Shown one piece after another: positions 45,576-54,107 of a stretch of 64,000 bases of DNA. A program made the position numbers and the translations under genes. The notes beneath the pieces are model-generated. The model did not search any database, was not told the origin of the DNA, and worked only from the letters and a program-made list of their open reading frames with translations. The DNA comes from a virus (lineage: Duplodnaviria; Caudoviricetes), in the IMG/VR virus record IMGVR_UViG_3300015214_000034, positions 4,313 through 68,312 of that record, one strand, 5' to 3'. Position 1 is the stretch's first letter. Every line of letters starts with the position of its first letter.

Positions 45576-45763
45576 TCGAGGCCATCGCCATCGGCGTGTT
45601 CGTGTTCGTCGCGCTGGCAGTCGCCGGCTGGCGGGCGCTGGACACGCTGGACCGCAAGGCTCGCGAGGAGATCGCTGATCTGGAGCGCGAAGTCCGGCTC
45701 GCCAAATTGAAGGGGCGCTATCAAGGCCCCTACGTCAATCGGTGGGGCCGCGAGGTCGAATGA
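45572..45763 (+). CDS. Small membrane-anchored protein
   Basis: MIEAIAIGVFVFVALAVAGW; ATGA-coupled. Confidence 0.55.
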   Translation: MIEAIAIGVFVFVALAVAGWRALDTLDRKAREEIADLEREVRLAKLKGRYQGPYVNRWGREVE

Positions 45764-45882
45764 CCCCTCAAGCCATCGCTGATCTGGCCCTGCGCGAAGA
45801 TCAGCAACGACGCGCCGCCGAGCGGGCCGGGGACGAACCCCGCGCCCGCCGTCATTTATTCGAGCGGGACCGCTTGCTGGAG

Positions 45883-45933
45883 TTGCTGCGACCATCGCAG
45901 CGATCTATGCCGGCGTCACCACCACCACGGAGA
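45883..45933 (+). promoter_or_regulatory. Promoter/operator copy with RBS motif
   Basis: TTGCTGCGACCATCGCAGC-gatc-TATGCC-GGCGTCACCACCACCACGGAGA; matches 7677-7724. Confidence 0.65.
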
Positions 45934-45938
45934 CTCAC

Positions 45939-46229
45939 ATGACCAAGAAATCAGCCGCCACCCTCCGCGAGGAGCAGGAACTGGCCGCACAGATCGCCAA
46001 GGCCCACGCCTTCTCGGCTTTCCTCCTTTTCGGGCCGCGCGACCGCCGCAAGGTGATGATTGAGCAGGGCGGGCCGGAGGGCTACGCCGCCGCTGTCGCC
46101 GCGAAGGCCGAACTGGACCAGCAGGCCCGGGCCGATGGCAGCACGCGCAGCGCCATCATCTACGCGATCAATCGCCTCGGCTCGTTCGATGTCACGCCGG
46201 ACGCGGCCAAGCGCGCGGGGCTGATCTGA
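45939..46229 (+). CDS. Hypothetical protein
   Basis: Strong RBS. Confidence 0.65.
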   Translation: MTKKSAATLREEQELAAQIAKAHAFSAFLLFGPRDRRKVMIEQGGPEGYAAAVAAKAELDQQARADGSTRSAIIYAINRLGSFDVTPDAAKRAGLI

Positions 46230-46444
46230 TGGCCCGCGTCCGCCCCACCAACAGCCGCCTCGCCCACGCCAGCGCGCAGGGCATGGCCGACGCCAAGGCG
46301 CTTGAGGGCATCATGTCCCGGGCCGTCGATGGCGTCCCGGCCGAGGCTGATCGCCCCATGCTGGTCGCCATCGCCAAGCGCCTCCCCGCGCCCGTCCGCG
46401 ATCAGGTCCGCGCCGTGCTGACCAAGGCCGGAGAGGCGTTCTGA
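46229..46444 (+). CDS. Hypothetical protein
   Basis: TGATG-coupled. Confidence 0.55.
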   Translation: MARVRPTNSRLAHASAQGMADAKALEGIMSRAVDGVPAEADRPMLVAIAKRLPAPVRDQVRAVLTKAGEAF

Positions 46445-47049
46445 TGCGCCCGGCCGAGGGTATCGAGATCCCCATGGCGCTCCGCAAGCGGCCGAAGGAT
46501 CGCCGGGGCTACCCCATCCCATTCATCGTCCTGCTGGACGCCAACAAGCGCCCGCATTTCACGATCAACAACGGCCAGCGCGTCCTCGACGCCGGCCGCA
46601 AGAAGCTGTGCGGGCTGTGCGGGGGAAAGCTGCGGGGCGACATCGCTCTGGTTGGCGGGCCGATCTGTTTCCTGTCGCCGATGGGGGCGTTCAGCGATCC
46701 GCCCATGCACGCCGAGTGCGCGCGCTACGCGATCAGGGTGTGCCCCTATCTGGCCGCGCCGTCCTATGGGAAGCGGATCGACGACCGGACGCTGACCCCC
46801 GGGGCGACGCCGGGCGGCGTGATGATCAAGACCGAGATCGCCGTGGCCGAGGACCGGCCGGTCGCCTTCATGCTTGGCACCACAGATCGCGTCGAAATGT
46901 TCCTGCGGCCGGACGGCGCGCCCCTGTTCCGCTGCGCCGGGCGCTGGACTAATCTGGAGGTATGGCAGGCCGGCCAGCGGCTTGAGGGCGAGGCCATGGA
47001 GGCCGCGCTTGCCGCCGACCGCGCCCGGTCGGTCTATTCCTCGGGCTGA
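46444..47049 (+). CDS. Conserved phage Cys/His protein
   Basis: RGYPIPF; LCGLCG; PPMHAECARYA..CPYL. Confidence 0.7.
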   Translation: MRPAEGIEIPMALRKRPKDRRGYPIPFIVLLDANKRPHFTINNGQRVLDAGRKKLCGLCGGKLRGDIALVGGPICFLSPMGAFSDPPMHAECARYAIRVCPYLAAPSYGKRIDDRTLTPGATPGGVMIKTEIAVAEDRPVAFMLGTTDRVEMFLRPDGAPLFRCAGRWTNLEVWQAGQRLEGEAMEAALAADRARSVYSSG

Positions 47050-48938
47050 TCGCCCTCCCCCACCGTCTCCTCGAATCGGGCCAGTGCGTCGGAAACGTCC
47101 ACTGGCCCGAGCGCTTCCACAGCCTTGCGCGGATCGCCCTTCACGAAGACAAGCACGTTCTGATGAGTCTTGCCCAACTTGCGGGTGGACCTGAACTGCT
47201 TGGCCGTCCTGATGGGGAGCGAGCCGACCGACGTGATCAGGATCGCCTCGTTGTAGAGCGGGGCACCCGCCGCCTCGAACGCGGCAATCGTCTTGCTGAC
47301 GAAATTGGCGTAGATGCCGCGCTTGTCCCGGTAATCGCCGACCACGAAACAGGCGAACCGATTGTCGGCCAGCCGGGCGACCGCCTTGGCGATGATCTCG
47401 GCGTAGATCGCGTCGAACCCGGCCATGTCGAGCGTGCTGATGTCGTCGGGGTCGTCGCTATAGACCTCCAGATCGCCGTAGGGCGGGCACGAGAACACGA
47501 AATCGAAGTCGTCGCCGATGGCCTCGTCCGCCAGCACCTTGTTGCTGTCGCCGACGTGCCAGATCGGCTCGACAGGCGCGAAGGCCGGCTGCGGCTCGAT
47601 GTCGGCCCCGAGGTTCCAGAACAGCGCGCCCGGGGCGGCGTGTTCCCTGATGAAGCGCCACGCCTTGGCGTCGTAATTGCTGCACGACGGGAAGGGCGGC
47701 GGGTCAGTCGCGTCGTCCTCGAACGCCTCCGGGGCCTTCCACAGCTTGGCCTCGCCGACATCGGGGTCGCGGCCGACCTGAACGGCGTGATGGGCGGCGT
47801 CGGGGAAGGCGCGCTGTAGCGCCCGGGTCAGCGTGCCCGAGCCGGCGACGCACCAAACCTCGGTCGGGGCCTCGCCTGGCAGGGCCGCGATTTCCTGCGC
47901 CATCGCATCGACGAAGATCTCGTCGTCCATGCCGAAGGGGACCAGATAGGCCCCGGTGGCCTCGCAGTGCTTGCGCGCCCGGGACTGGATCACGTTCAGC
48001 CGGCCGGCTTTGACCTCGACGATGTTCGCGCCCAGATCGGCGGCGAGTTGCGTCCGGGGGTGCCGGTCGGAGCGCGCGGCCACGAAGATCGTCGCCTTCT
48101 TGCCAGCGGCCCGGCAGGCCCCGGCGAGCGCGATCTGTGCGAAGCCATAGGCCGGCGTCGCATAGACCAGTTCGTCGGCGTCGATGCCGGCGACAAGGCG
48201 GTCCAGCGCCCGGCGCTTGGTCCCGCCGAGGACGCGATCATCGCGGACGACCCTGATGCCCTCGATCTCATCGACCGCCAGCGCCGGAACTTCCTCGGCC
48301 GCGCGGGGAGCCGGCGTGCCAAGCTGTGCGGCGACAGCGGGCCATTGCGCCCGGTTCGCCTCGATCTGTTCGGCGCGCAGATCGACGCCGGTATAGTGCC
48401 GGCCGAGCGCGGCGCAGACGATCCCGCGCACCGAGCCGCCAGCGAAGGGGTCCAGCACCCGGCCGCCGACCGGGCTGAACCAGCGGTAGGCCAGTTCGCA
48501 CAGCACCGGGTCGAAGATCGACGTGCCGCTGGACAGTTCGGAGTCTGGCAGCACCCAATGATCGCGCTCGAACTCCTCGGGGGTCAGCTTGCGGCCCACC
48601 TTGGCCTCGGCCGCCGTTTTCTGTTCATAGTAGCGGGGGTGGCTGGACAGGGCGTCCATGGTGACGCCGCCCAAGCCCTTCTTGCGGCCGGTCACGGCGT
48701 TCGTGCCCTCGCCGCGCATGAGATCTTGCCCGAACGTCCGGGCCTTGCCCTTCGCCTCCTCCCGGGCGGCCTGCATCGCGGCGCGCTTCTCCGGGTCCGG
48801 CTCCAGCATCGTGTCGGACATGCCGAGCAGGTTCTCGCCGCGCCCGACCTCGGACTTGATGCCGAGCGCCAGCCATGCTCGCTTGCGGTCCATCCACCAT
48901 CCCTCGCGGGCGTTCAGCACGGTGAAGGGCGGGATCAT
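47034..48938 (-). CDS. Amino (N4/N6) DNA methyltransferase with inserted PLP-dependent (fold II) domain
   Basis: TSIFDPVLCE, VLDPFAGGSVRG (motif I), FSCPPY (motif IV); insert VVRDD..GGTKRR...VAGSGT...NYDAKAW. Confidence 0.85.
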   Translation of the reverse strand: MIPPFTVLNAREGWWMDRKRAWLALGIKSEVGRGENLLGMSDTMLEPDPEKRAAMQAAREEAKGKARTFGQDLMRGEGTNAVTGRKKGLGGVTMDALSSHPRYYEQKTAAEAKVGRKLTPEEFERDHWVLPDSELSSGTSIFDPVLCELAYRWFSPVGGRVLDPFAGGSVRGIVCAALGRHYTGVDLRAEQIEANRAQWPAVAAQLGTPAPRAAEEVPALAVDEIEGIRVVRDDRVLGGTKRRALDRLVAGIDADELVYATPAYGFAQIALAGACRAAGKKATIFVAARSDRHPRTQLAADLGANIVEVKAGRLNVIQSRARKHCEATGAYLVPFGMDDEIFVDAMAQEIAALPGEAPTEVWCVAGSGTLTRALQRAFPDAAHHAVQVGRDPDVGEAKLWKAPEAFEDDATDPPPFPSCSNYDAKAWRFIREHAAPGALFWNLGADIEPQPAFAPVEPIWHVGDSNKVLADEAIGDDFDFVFSCPPYGDLEVYSDDPDDISTLDMAGFDAIYAEIIAKAVARLADNRFACFVVGDYRDKRGIYANFVSKTIAAFEAAGAPLYNEAILITSVGSLPIRTAKQFRSTRKLGKTHQNVLVFVKGDPRKAVEALGPVDVSDALARFEETVGEGDQPEE

Positions 48939-48939
48939 G

Positions 48940-49266
48940 AACTCGTTGGCCAGCGAGCCGCCGCCTTGCTTCTTGCCGGCCGGTGCCGTCGATCACCGGG
49001 ACGGTGCCCTTGGGGATGGCCGTGCCGCCGCGCTCCTTGCCCGGGGCGAGGTAGATCGTGCCGCCCTCGGCGTAGATCGCCCGCGCCGCCATCTGCCGGC
49101 CGTGGCCCGCCCTGATCAGATCGTCGGCCAGGACGGGGTTAGTCCAGCCGAACCGCTCGATGCTGGCCACGATCTGGGCGACTTGCGCCTCGCTATGGGT
49201 GCGGGCGTTCCGGGGGTCCGGGGTCAGTTCGTCGATCTTGCGGAGCAGCACCTTGGGCGCGGTCAT
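48940..49266 (-). pseudogene. ParB N-terminal domain, truncated/frameshifted relative to the downstream MTase
   Basis: LTPDPRNARTHSEAQVAQIVASIERFGWTNPVL..IRAGHGR; homology stops near VPVIDGTG and the MTase frame is closed by TGA just upstream. Confidence 0.65.
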
Positions 49267-49718
49267 GGGGTCCATCCTTGTTTGCGGGCGAAAGTCTCGA
49301 TCTGCGTCACCCCTGTGCTGATCGCGTCGGCCAGCGTCCCGTCCACATGGACATTGGCGAAGGCGCGCTGCCCTCCCTCATGGGGGAACAGCATTTCGAC
49401 GCGGACGCAGGGGCGGCCGTCGGTATGGGTGAAGCGGCGGGCGTGGACGACCGGCTCGAAATCGTCGGGCAGATCGGTGACGCCAAGCTGGACGACCGGG
49501 TGCTGCTGGCCGGCGACGCCGAGCGTCAGGCGCGCCCCGGCGTAGAGCAGCGCGGCCTCGCCGTGATCAACCTCCCAAGCGGAGCGCATGTAGTGCACGC
49601 CGTCGATCTGCTCGCGCCGGATGAACAGCGCTCCGCAATGGCCAGACTCGGCCTCGTTCCAGTCTGGCGGTGCGCCCAATGGGCGGGGGTCTGCCCCTGC
49701 GATGCGTGTCGGCCTCAT
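49263..49718 (-). CDS. Hypothetical protein
   Basis: LGAPPDW...CGAL.I..E....MRSAWE....E...L..GA...L...G..HPVV phage motif. Confidence 0.65.
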   Translation of the reverse strand: MRPTRIAGADPRPLGAPPDWNEAESGHCGALFIRREQIDGVHYMRSAWEVDHGEAALLYAGARLTLGVAGQQHPVVQLGVTDLPDDFEPVVHARRFTHTDGRPCVRVEMLFPHEGGQRAFANVHVDGTLADAISTGVTQIETFARKQGWTP

Positions 49719-49725
49719 GCCCTGA

Positions 49726-50082
49726 TCATATCCGCCGCCGCCTGCGCGGTCCACGGCGCTTATCCATAGCCCGCTTTTGCGCGGCCAGATGGGGCGGGAT
49801 GGCGTAGCGAACGACCCGGCCGGTATCGACGACCCTCATTTCGAGGACAGCGGGAGCGGGGTGGGTGCGGGACCATGCCTCGCGTTCGGCCGCGCCGGTC
49901 AGGGCGTCTAGGGCGGCGCGCTCCTTGCGCTCGCGGTCCAGATCGCAGGCCAGGCAGGCGTCGCCGGGTCGCCATTTCTGCGTCTGGCGATGGCCAGCCG
50001 GGCACCGCTTCACGGCCGGCTTCTTCGGTCGGGGGAATAGCGCGTCGAGGCTGCGCGGGTGAGTCTTGCGTGGTGGGCGCAT
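49726..50082 (-). CDS. Basic hypothetical protein
   Basis: CPAGH...CLAC motif. Confidence 0.5.
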   Translation of the reverse strand: MRPPRKTHPRSLDALFPRPKKPAVKRCPAGHRQTQKWRPGDACLACDLDRERKERAALDALTGAAEREAWSRTHPAPAVLEMRVVDTGRVVRYAIPPHLAAQKRAMDKRRGPRRRRRI

Positions 50083-50137
50083 TGCCAGCTTGCAGCACGC
50101 CGGCAGTCACCCTGTCAATGATCGTGGCCAGATCGGC

Positions 50138-50350
50138 TCAAAGGGCCTTGGCCCACTCCGCTCGCCGCGCCCTGAAATTGTTGCCGTTGCCCGGGCGGGG
50201 GGTGCCGCGTCGGCCGTCCTCGTCGGGCGGCGGCGGTCCCATGGACCAGAACGGGTCGGCCGGTCGATGGGCACAGTCCACATCGGGACGGACGCCGCAT
50301 CGCTTGCACGGAAAGCCCGGGTCGGGCGTCACCGGCCTGATGATCTTCAT
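50138..50350 (-). CDS. Small hypothetical protein
   Basis: CKRC..C.H; coupled ORF. Confidence 0.45.
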   Translation of the reverse strand: MKIIRPVTPDPGFPCKRCGVRPDVDCAHRPADPFWSMGPPPPDEDGRRGTPRPGNGNNFRARRAEWAKAL

Positions 50351-50508
50351 GCCCGCTCGTCCGTCATCAGGAGGACGCCGCACCCGCTGTCGGGGTCGCC
50401 CCATTCGATGAAAAAGCCGCGCCACCGGGAATGCGCGGACAGGCCGAACTCGACCGCCTCCCACCCCGGTATCTCGCGCCAGCCGATGAACAGTTTACTG
50501 ATTCTCAC
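50347..50508 (-). CDS. Small hypothetical protein (53 aa, not in ORF track)
   Basis: GTG start; fills the gap with overlaps on both sides. Confidence 0.4.
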   Translation of the reverse strand: MRISKLFIGWREIPGWEAVEFGLSAHSRWRGFFIEWGDPDSGCGVLLMTDERA

Positions 50509-50710
50509 CCTTTGGCCTTTCGATTGGCAGGGCCTCGCGTTGGCCCGGTGTCTTGATAGCGCCCCCGAACTTGCGTCGTCGATAGTCCATGACCTCGGCC
50601 GCGATCTTCGCCTCGGCCGCCTCGCGCGCGCGCCGGACGCGCCAGCGCCAGACCAGCCACCCGGGGACCGGGGCGAACGTGGTCAGCAGCGTCCATTCCC
50701 ACCACGTCAT
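50495..50710 (-). CDS. Small membrane-anchored protein
   Basis: MTWWEWTLLTTFAPVPGWLVW. Confidence 0.5.
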   Translation of the reverse strand: MTWWEWTLLTTFAPVPGWLVWRWRVRRAREAAEAKIAAEVMDYRRRKFGGAIKTPGQREALPIERPKGENQ

Positions 50711-51723
50711 CGGCCGCACCTGATCGCTGTGTCGGTGCCGCCGACGCCGCACTCGCCCTCGGCCTCAAGGTGCATCGGGTCGATGGGGATGAGGAGCGGC
50801 TGGCGGGCGACATCGCGCTTGATCGTCTCGTAGCGATACTCGGTGACGAAGCGGGCACCGTTCGGGTTGGTCGCCAGTTCGGAGCCGAGATCCTCCATCG
50901 CAATCCAGTCGTCGATGCTGTCCGGTCGTTCCCGCTCCTGATACGCCAGCACGTCCAGCCCCTTGAGAAAGCAATAATCGCAGTTGCCCTCGTAGGGCCA
51001 GAGGCCCAGATCAAAGCCCTGCGGCAGGGGGTGCGTCAAGGCTTTCGGGTTGATGTTCTCGCCGAGCCAGAAACGCCAGATATCCCGCTTTGTGATCCGC
51101 GCCCGCAACATCGGCCATGCCGAGCGCCACCGCTCCTTGCCTTCCTCGTTGCGCTTTTGCTGCTTGGCGATCCGCCGCATTTCATCAGATCGCAGCCCGA
51201 CGACATTGGTCCATGCGTCGTAGCCGTGGGACAGCATGAATTGCTTCATGGTGTCGATCTTGAGTTCGGCCGTGCAGAACCGGGAGACGGCGTTCGGCAG
51301 ATATCGCTTGCGCCTGATCAGGGCGCGGAACGGTTCGCCGCGCCGGGCCGCGCTGTTGTAGCCGACGACATCGAAGCGGTCGGCGGCGGGCGTGTCCTTG
51401 CCCTCCCGGTCCTTCCACTCCAGCCACCACACCCGGACGCCCCAACGGCTCTCGCACTCATGGACGAAGCGCAGCGTCTCCTCGCGCTCCTTGCCGGTGT
51501 TGGCGAACGTGACCCATACCCCGGCCGGCAGGACGCCGCCGTGCGCCCACAAGTGCTGGAACAGCATGAATCCCGATGTCCGGCCGCCGCTGAACGAGAT
51601 CAGGGCCGGGGTCTCCAGCCAATAGGGCGACGACGGGTCCGGGGCCGGCCAGATGATCGAGCCGTCGGGCCTGCGGGGAACCGGGAAATCGAGGCCGGGG
51701 ACGGATAGCGGGGCACGCTTCAT
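50707..51723 (-). CDS. PAPS-reductase/PP-loop family protein
   Basis: ISFSGGRTS PP-loop; FANTGKE; RFCTAELKI; GLRSDE; GNCDYCFLK. Confidence 0.85.
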   Translation of the reverse strand: MKRAPLSVPGLDFPVPRRPDGSIIWPAPDPSSPYWLETPALISFSGGRTSGFMLFQHLWAHGGVLPAGVWVTFANTGKEREETLRFVHECESRWGVRVWWLEWKDREGKDTPAADRFDVVGYNSAARRGEPFRALIRRKRYLPNAVSRFCTAELKIDTMKQFMLSHGYDAWTNVVGLRSDEMRRIAKQQKRNEEGKERWRSAWPMLRARITKRDIWRFWLGENINPKALTHPLPQGFDLGLWPYEGNCDYCFLKGLDVLAYQERERPDSIDDWIAMEDLGSELATNPNGARFVTEYRYETIKRDVARQPLLIPIDPMHLEAEGECGVGGTDTAIRCGR

Positions 51724-52715
51724 CGGTTGCACCACACATCGAGCCAGTCCTCGCCAGACTTGGCCGGGATATGGACGATGATCTCCGGGGCGTTCGGCCG
51801 AACCGCCTGCCGGTGCGCCAGTTCCCATGCCGCTGCCTGCCCGCCGAACTTGGGGTCGTTATCCCCGAAGATCACCAGCCGGCGCAGTCCTTTGGGCGGC
51901 ACGAACTTGGCCAACATCGACGAGTTGATCAGCGCCCATGTAGGCAGGCGCGACCAGCGGGCGACGGCAAGCGCCGTCTCGATCCCCTCGGCGACCGCAA
52001 GCACGTCAGTGGCGGGCGACAGCCTGATCGCGGAGCCTGGCCGGAGATCGCCGGGCATCAGCTTGCGCGATGACACCCGCTTGCGCTCCGCGTCCCACAG
52101 ATCGGCCTTGCGCGGCCCGTCCAGATAGGTGCGATGGAGCGTCGCCAGATCTCCGTCCGGCCCGCTGACCGCCGCGAGCATCGCCGGGCAGGCCGAGCGC
52201 ATCGGCACATCGGACAGCATCGCGGCCGGATGGAAGCGCAGGGCCTCCGATCTGACCCCGGGCAAACCTCGGGCGGTCAGATAATCGTCGGCCATGGTGC
52301 CGCCCAGATCGCGGGCCTCGTCCCATGTCCGGCGCACGAGCCAGTCTATCGCGCCCTGCCCCGACGAGCCGGGGGCCGTCTTGATCGCTTGCGGCAGGAT
52401 ATTGCGGACCTCGGCGGCGGCGGTGCGGAAATCCCAACCATGGAGGGCCATCAGCAGCGCGACCCCCGAGCCGGAACCACATTGGTTGCAGATGAACGTC
52501 CCGTTCTGTTTCCAGTCGGTGAAGCGAAAGCGGTCCTTGCCGCCACACATCGGGCAAGGCCCATGCTTGCCGGTCAGCGCCTTGGCCGGGACGCCGAGCC
52601 GCGACAGGATCGACGGCCAGCGCCCCCGGGCCTCCTCCATGATATCAGGCCGGGGTGGTTTCAGTCCCGCTCTCACCACGGCCAGCGGCACTCCATCAGT
52701 TCGAACCAGCGCCAT
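51720..52715 (-). CDS. DNA primase (zinc ribbon + Toprim)
   Basis: HGPCPMCGGKDRFRF..CNQCG; VAEGIETAL; IFGDND. Confidence 0.92.
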   Translation of the reverse strand: MALVRTDGVPLAVVRAGLKPPRPDIMEEARGRWPSILSRLGVPAKALTGKHGPCPMCGGKDRFRFTDWKQNGTFICNQCGSGSGVALLMALHGWDFRTAAAEVRNILPQAIKTAPGSSGQGAIDWLVRRTWDEARDLGGTMADDYLTARGLPGVRSEALRFHPAAMLSDVPMRSACPAMLAAVSGPDGDLATLHRTYLDGPRKADLWDAERKRVSSRKLMPGDLRPGSAIRLSPATDVLAVAEGIETALAVARWSRLPTWALINSSMLAKFVPPKGLRRLVIFGDNDPKFGGQAAAWELAHRQAVRPNAPEIIVHIPAKSGEDWLDVWCNR

Positions 52716-52864
52716 GTCGTCGGTTCATTGTCGCGGCGCGCGGCCTGATAGGGATTGTGGCTCCAGCGGACCCACCGCCGCCAGTTCGACAGCCGCCAGT
52801 CGCGCAGCATCAGGACTTGCAGATGATGGGTGCCGAAGCGGACGTTCAGCCATGTGTTCGACAT
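52673..52864 (-). CDS. Small Trp/Arg-rich hypothetical protein
   Basis: CACCACCACGGAGG RBS. Confidence 0.5.
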   Translation of the reverse strand: MSNTWLNVRFGTHHLQVLMLRDWRLSNWRRWVRWSHNPYQAARRDNEPTTWRWFELMECRWPW

Positions 52865-53508
52865 AGGGGCCTCCGTGGTGGTGCGAACAGATCGTCTTGC
52901 GACGCCGCCCGACTCAATAGCGGGAGCGTCTTGGCGAACCTAGTCGCGCTGGTCCCGTCTATCGAGTCAATGCCGCCAGCGGCACAAAGCGCGATCCGCC
53001 TGGCCGTGTTGACCCGGCCGCAATGGACATACAGGCCCCGGGACTTGGCCCATCGGCCCCACGGCTCGATGGCCGCGATCTTCCATTCGGTGCTACCCCC
53101 GATGAACAGGCCGATGCGCGGGCTGGTCAGCAGCGGCTCGATGTCGGCGAACTCCATGCCGTCCTGCACCGCGATCAGCAGGCGGGCGTCGCCCAGATCG
53201 GCGCGGGCCAGCAGGCGGGGGAGCCATGCCCGGGTGCGCTCCAAGCTGGCCGGGCCGTCCCCGACGATATCTGGCACAACGATGAAATCTGCCCCCGGGC
53301 CGTAGCGATCAAGGGCGCGCAGGAACGCCGCCTCGTCCCACTCGATCCCCTGCGCGAAGGCGGGCCAAGCCCCATTGTCCAGCGCCCACGGCATGTCGCC
53401 GAGGATCGGCCCGCCCATGTCGAGGGGACCGACCATCCAGCCCCACCCGGCAGCGGCGAGCGCAGCGATGTTGCGGCGGGTGCCGGTGCGGGAGGCGTAG
53501 CAGCGCAT
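52846..53508 (-). CDS. TGT/DpdA-like base-exchange transglycosylase (putative)
   Basis: WALDNGAW, VPDIVGD, AVQDG, FIGGSTEWK, HCGRVN, GIDSIDGT pattern. Confidence 0.6.
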   Translation of the reverse strand: MRCYASRTGTRRNIAALAAAGWGWMVGPLDMGGPILGDMPWALDNGAWPAFAQGIEWDEAAFLRALDRYGPGADFIVVPDIVGDGPASLERTRAWLPRLLARADLGDARLLIAVQDGMEFADIEPLLTSPRIGLFIGGSTEWKIAAIEPWGRWAKSRGLYVHCGRVNTARRIALCAAGGIDSIDGTSATRFAKTLPLLSRAASQDDLFAPPRRPLCRTHG

Positions 53509-53517
53509 CGGCGCGGC

Positions 53518-53736
53518 CTACAGCAGATCGCGGACAGATCGCAGCGCGTCGATCAGGCGGGTGGGGCGCTCCTCGATATCGAGCCAGCCGATGTCCTTGG
53601 CGGCATATCGGCCGTCCTTGCATCCCATGACGACGAAGCCCTCGTCGGTCAGCGCGACCGACAGGACAACCCCGGCGCGGGATAGGCGCTTGGCCTCGGT
53701 CATGGCCTGCATCAGATGCGTGGTGGTCAGCGACAT
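53518..53736 (-). CDS. Small hypothetical protein
   Basis: GGGAAGGGAGG RBS. Confidence 0.55.
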   Translation of the reverse strand: MSLTTTHLMQAMTEAKRLSRAGVVLSVALTDEGFVVMGCKDGRYAAKDIGWLDIEERPTRLIDALRSVRDLL

Positions 53737-54107
53737 GGCCTCCCTTCCCATAGCTGGTCGGCCACCGCCAACAGGTCGATCCCATAGCGGTCGAAGAACC
53801 CGCCGTGGTTCAGCGCCTCGACGCTCTCCTCCGGGCCGTGCTGAATCTGATGGTGGACCGGGCACAGGGGGACGACGCGCTTGTGCGTGCGCGTGATCCG
53901 GCCGCCGAAGCGAGATGCCGTCACATGATGGACGGTCGCCGGCCGGCCACAGACCAGACAGGGCATGGCCGCGACCCGGGCGATGTGCGCCCGCTCCTCT
54001 GCGTTCGGCGCTGCCCCGGCCTTCGGCTTGGTTCGATTGTAGGCGACGCGCTCCGGGGCTTTGCGACGAGGCTTGTCGCGGCGCGGCTTGATCGGGGACC
54101 GCTTCAT
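53727..54107 (-). CDS. HNH-like nuclease (DUF968/Ref-like)
   Basis: PCLVCG...VHH...VVPLCPVHH. Confidence 0.7.
   Translation of the reverse strand: MKRSPIKPRRDKPRRKAPERVAYNRTKPKAGAAPNAEERAHIARVAAMPCLVCGRPATVHHVTASRFGGRITRTHKRVVPLCPVHHQIQHGPEESVEALNHGGFFDRYGIDLLAVADQLWEGRPCR

Noticed and set aside
45760-45942. Small ORF MTPQAIADLAL...
   Set aside because: Its 3' half overlaps the promoter/operator and RBS of the next gene; cannot be supported as a gene, though not excluded
48625-48940. C-terminal extension of the ParB ORF as a real protein
   Set aside because: Overlaps the MTase coding frame and is low-complexity after VIDGTG; better explained as frameshift run-on
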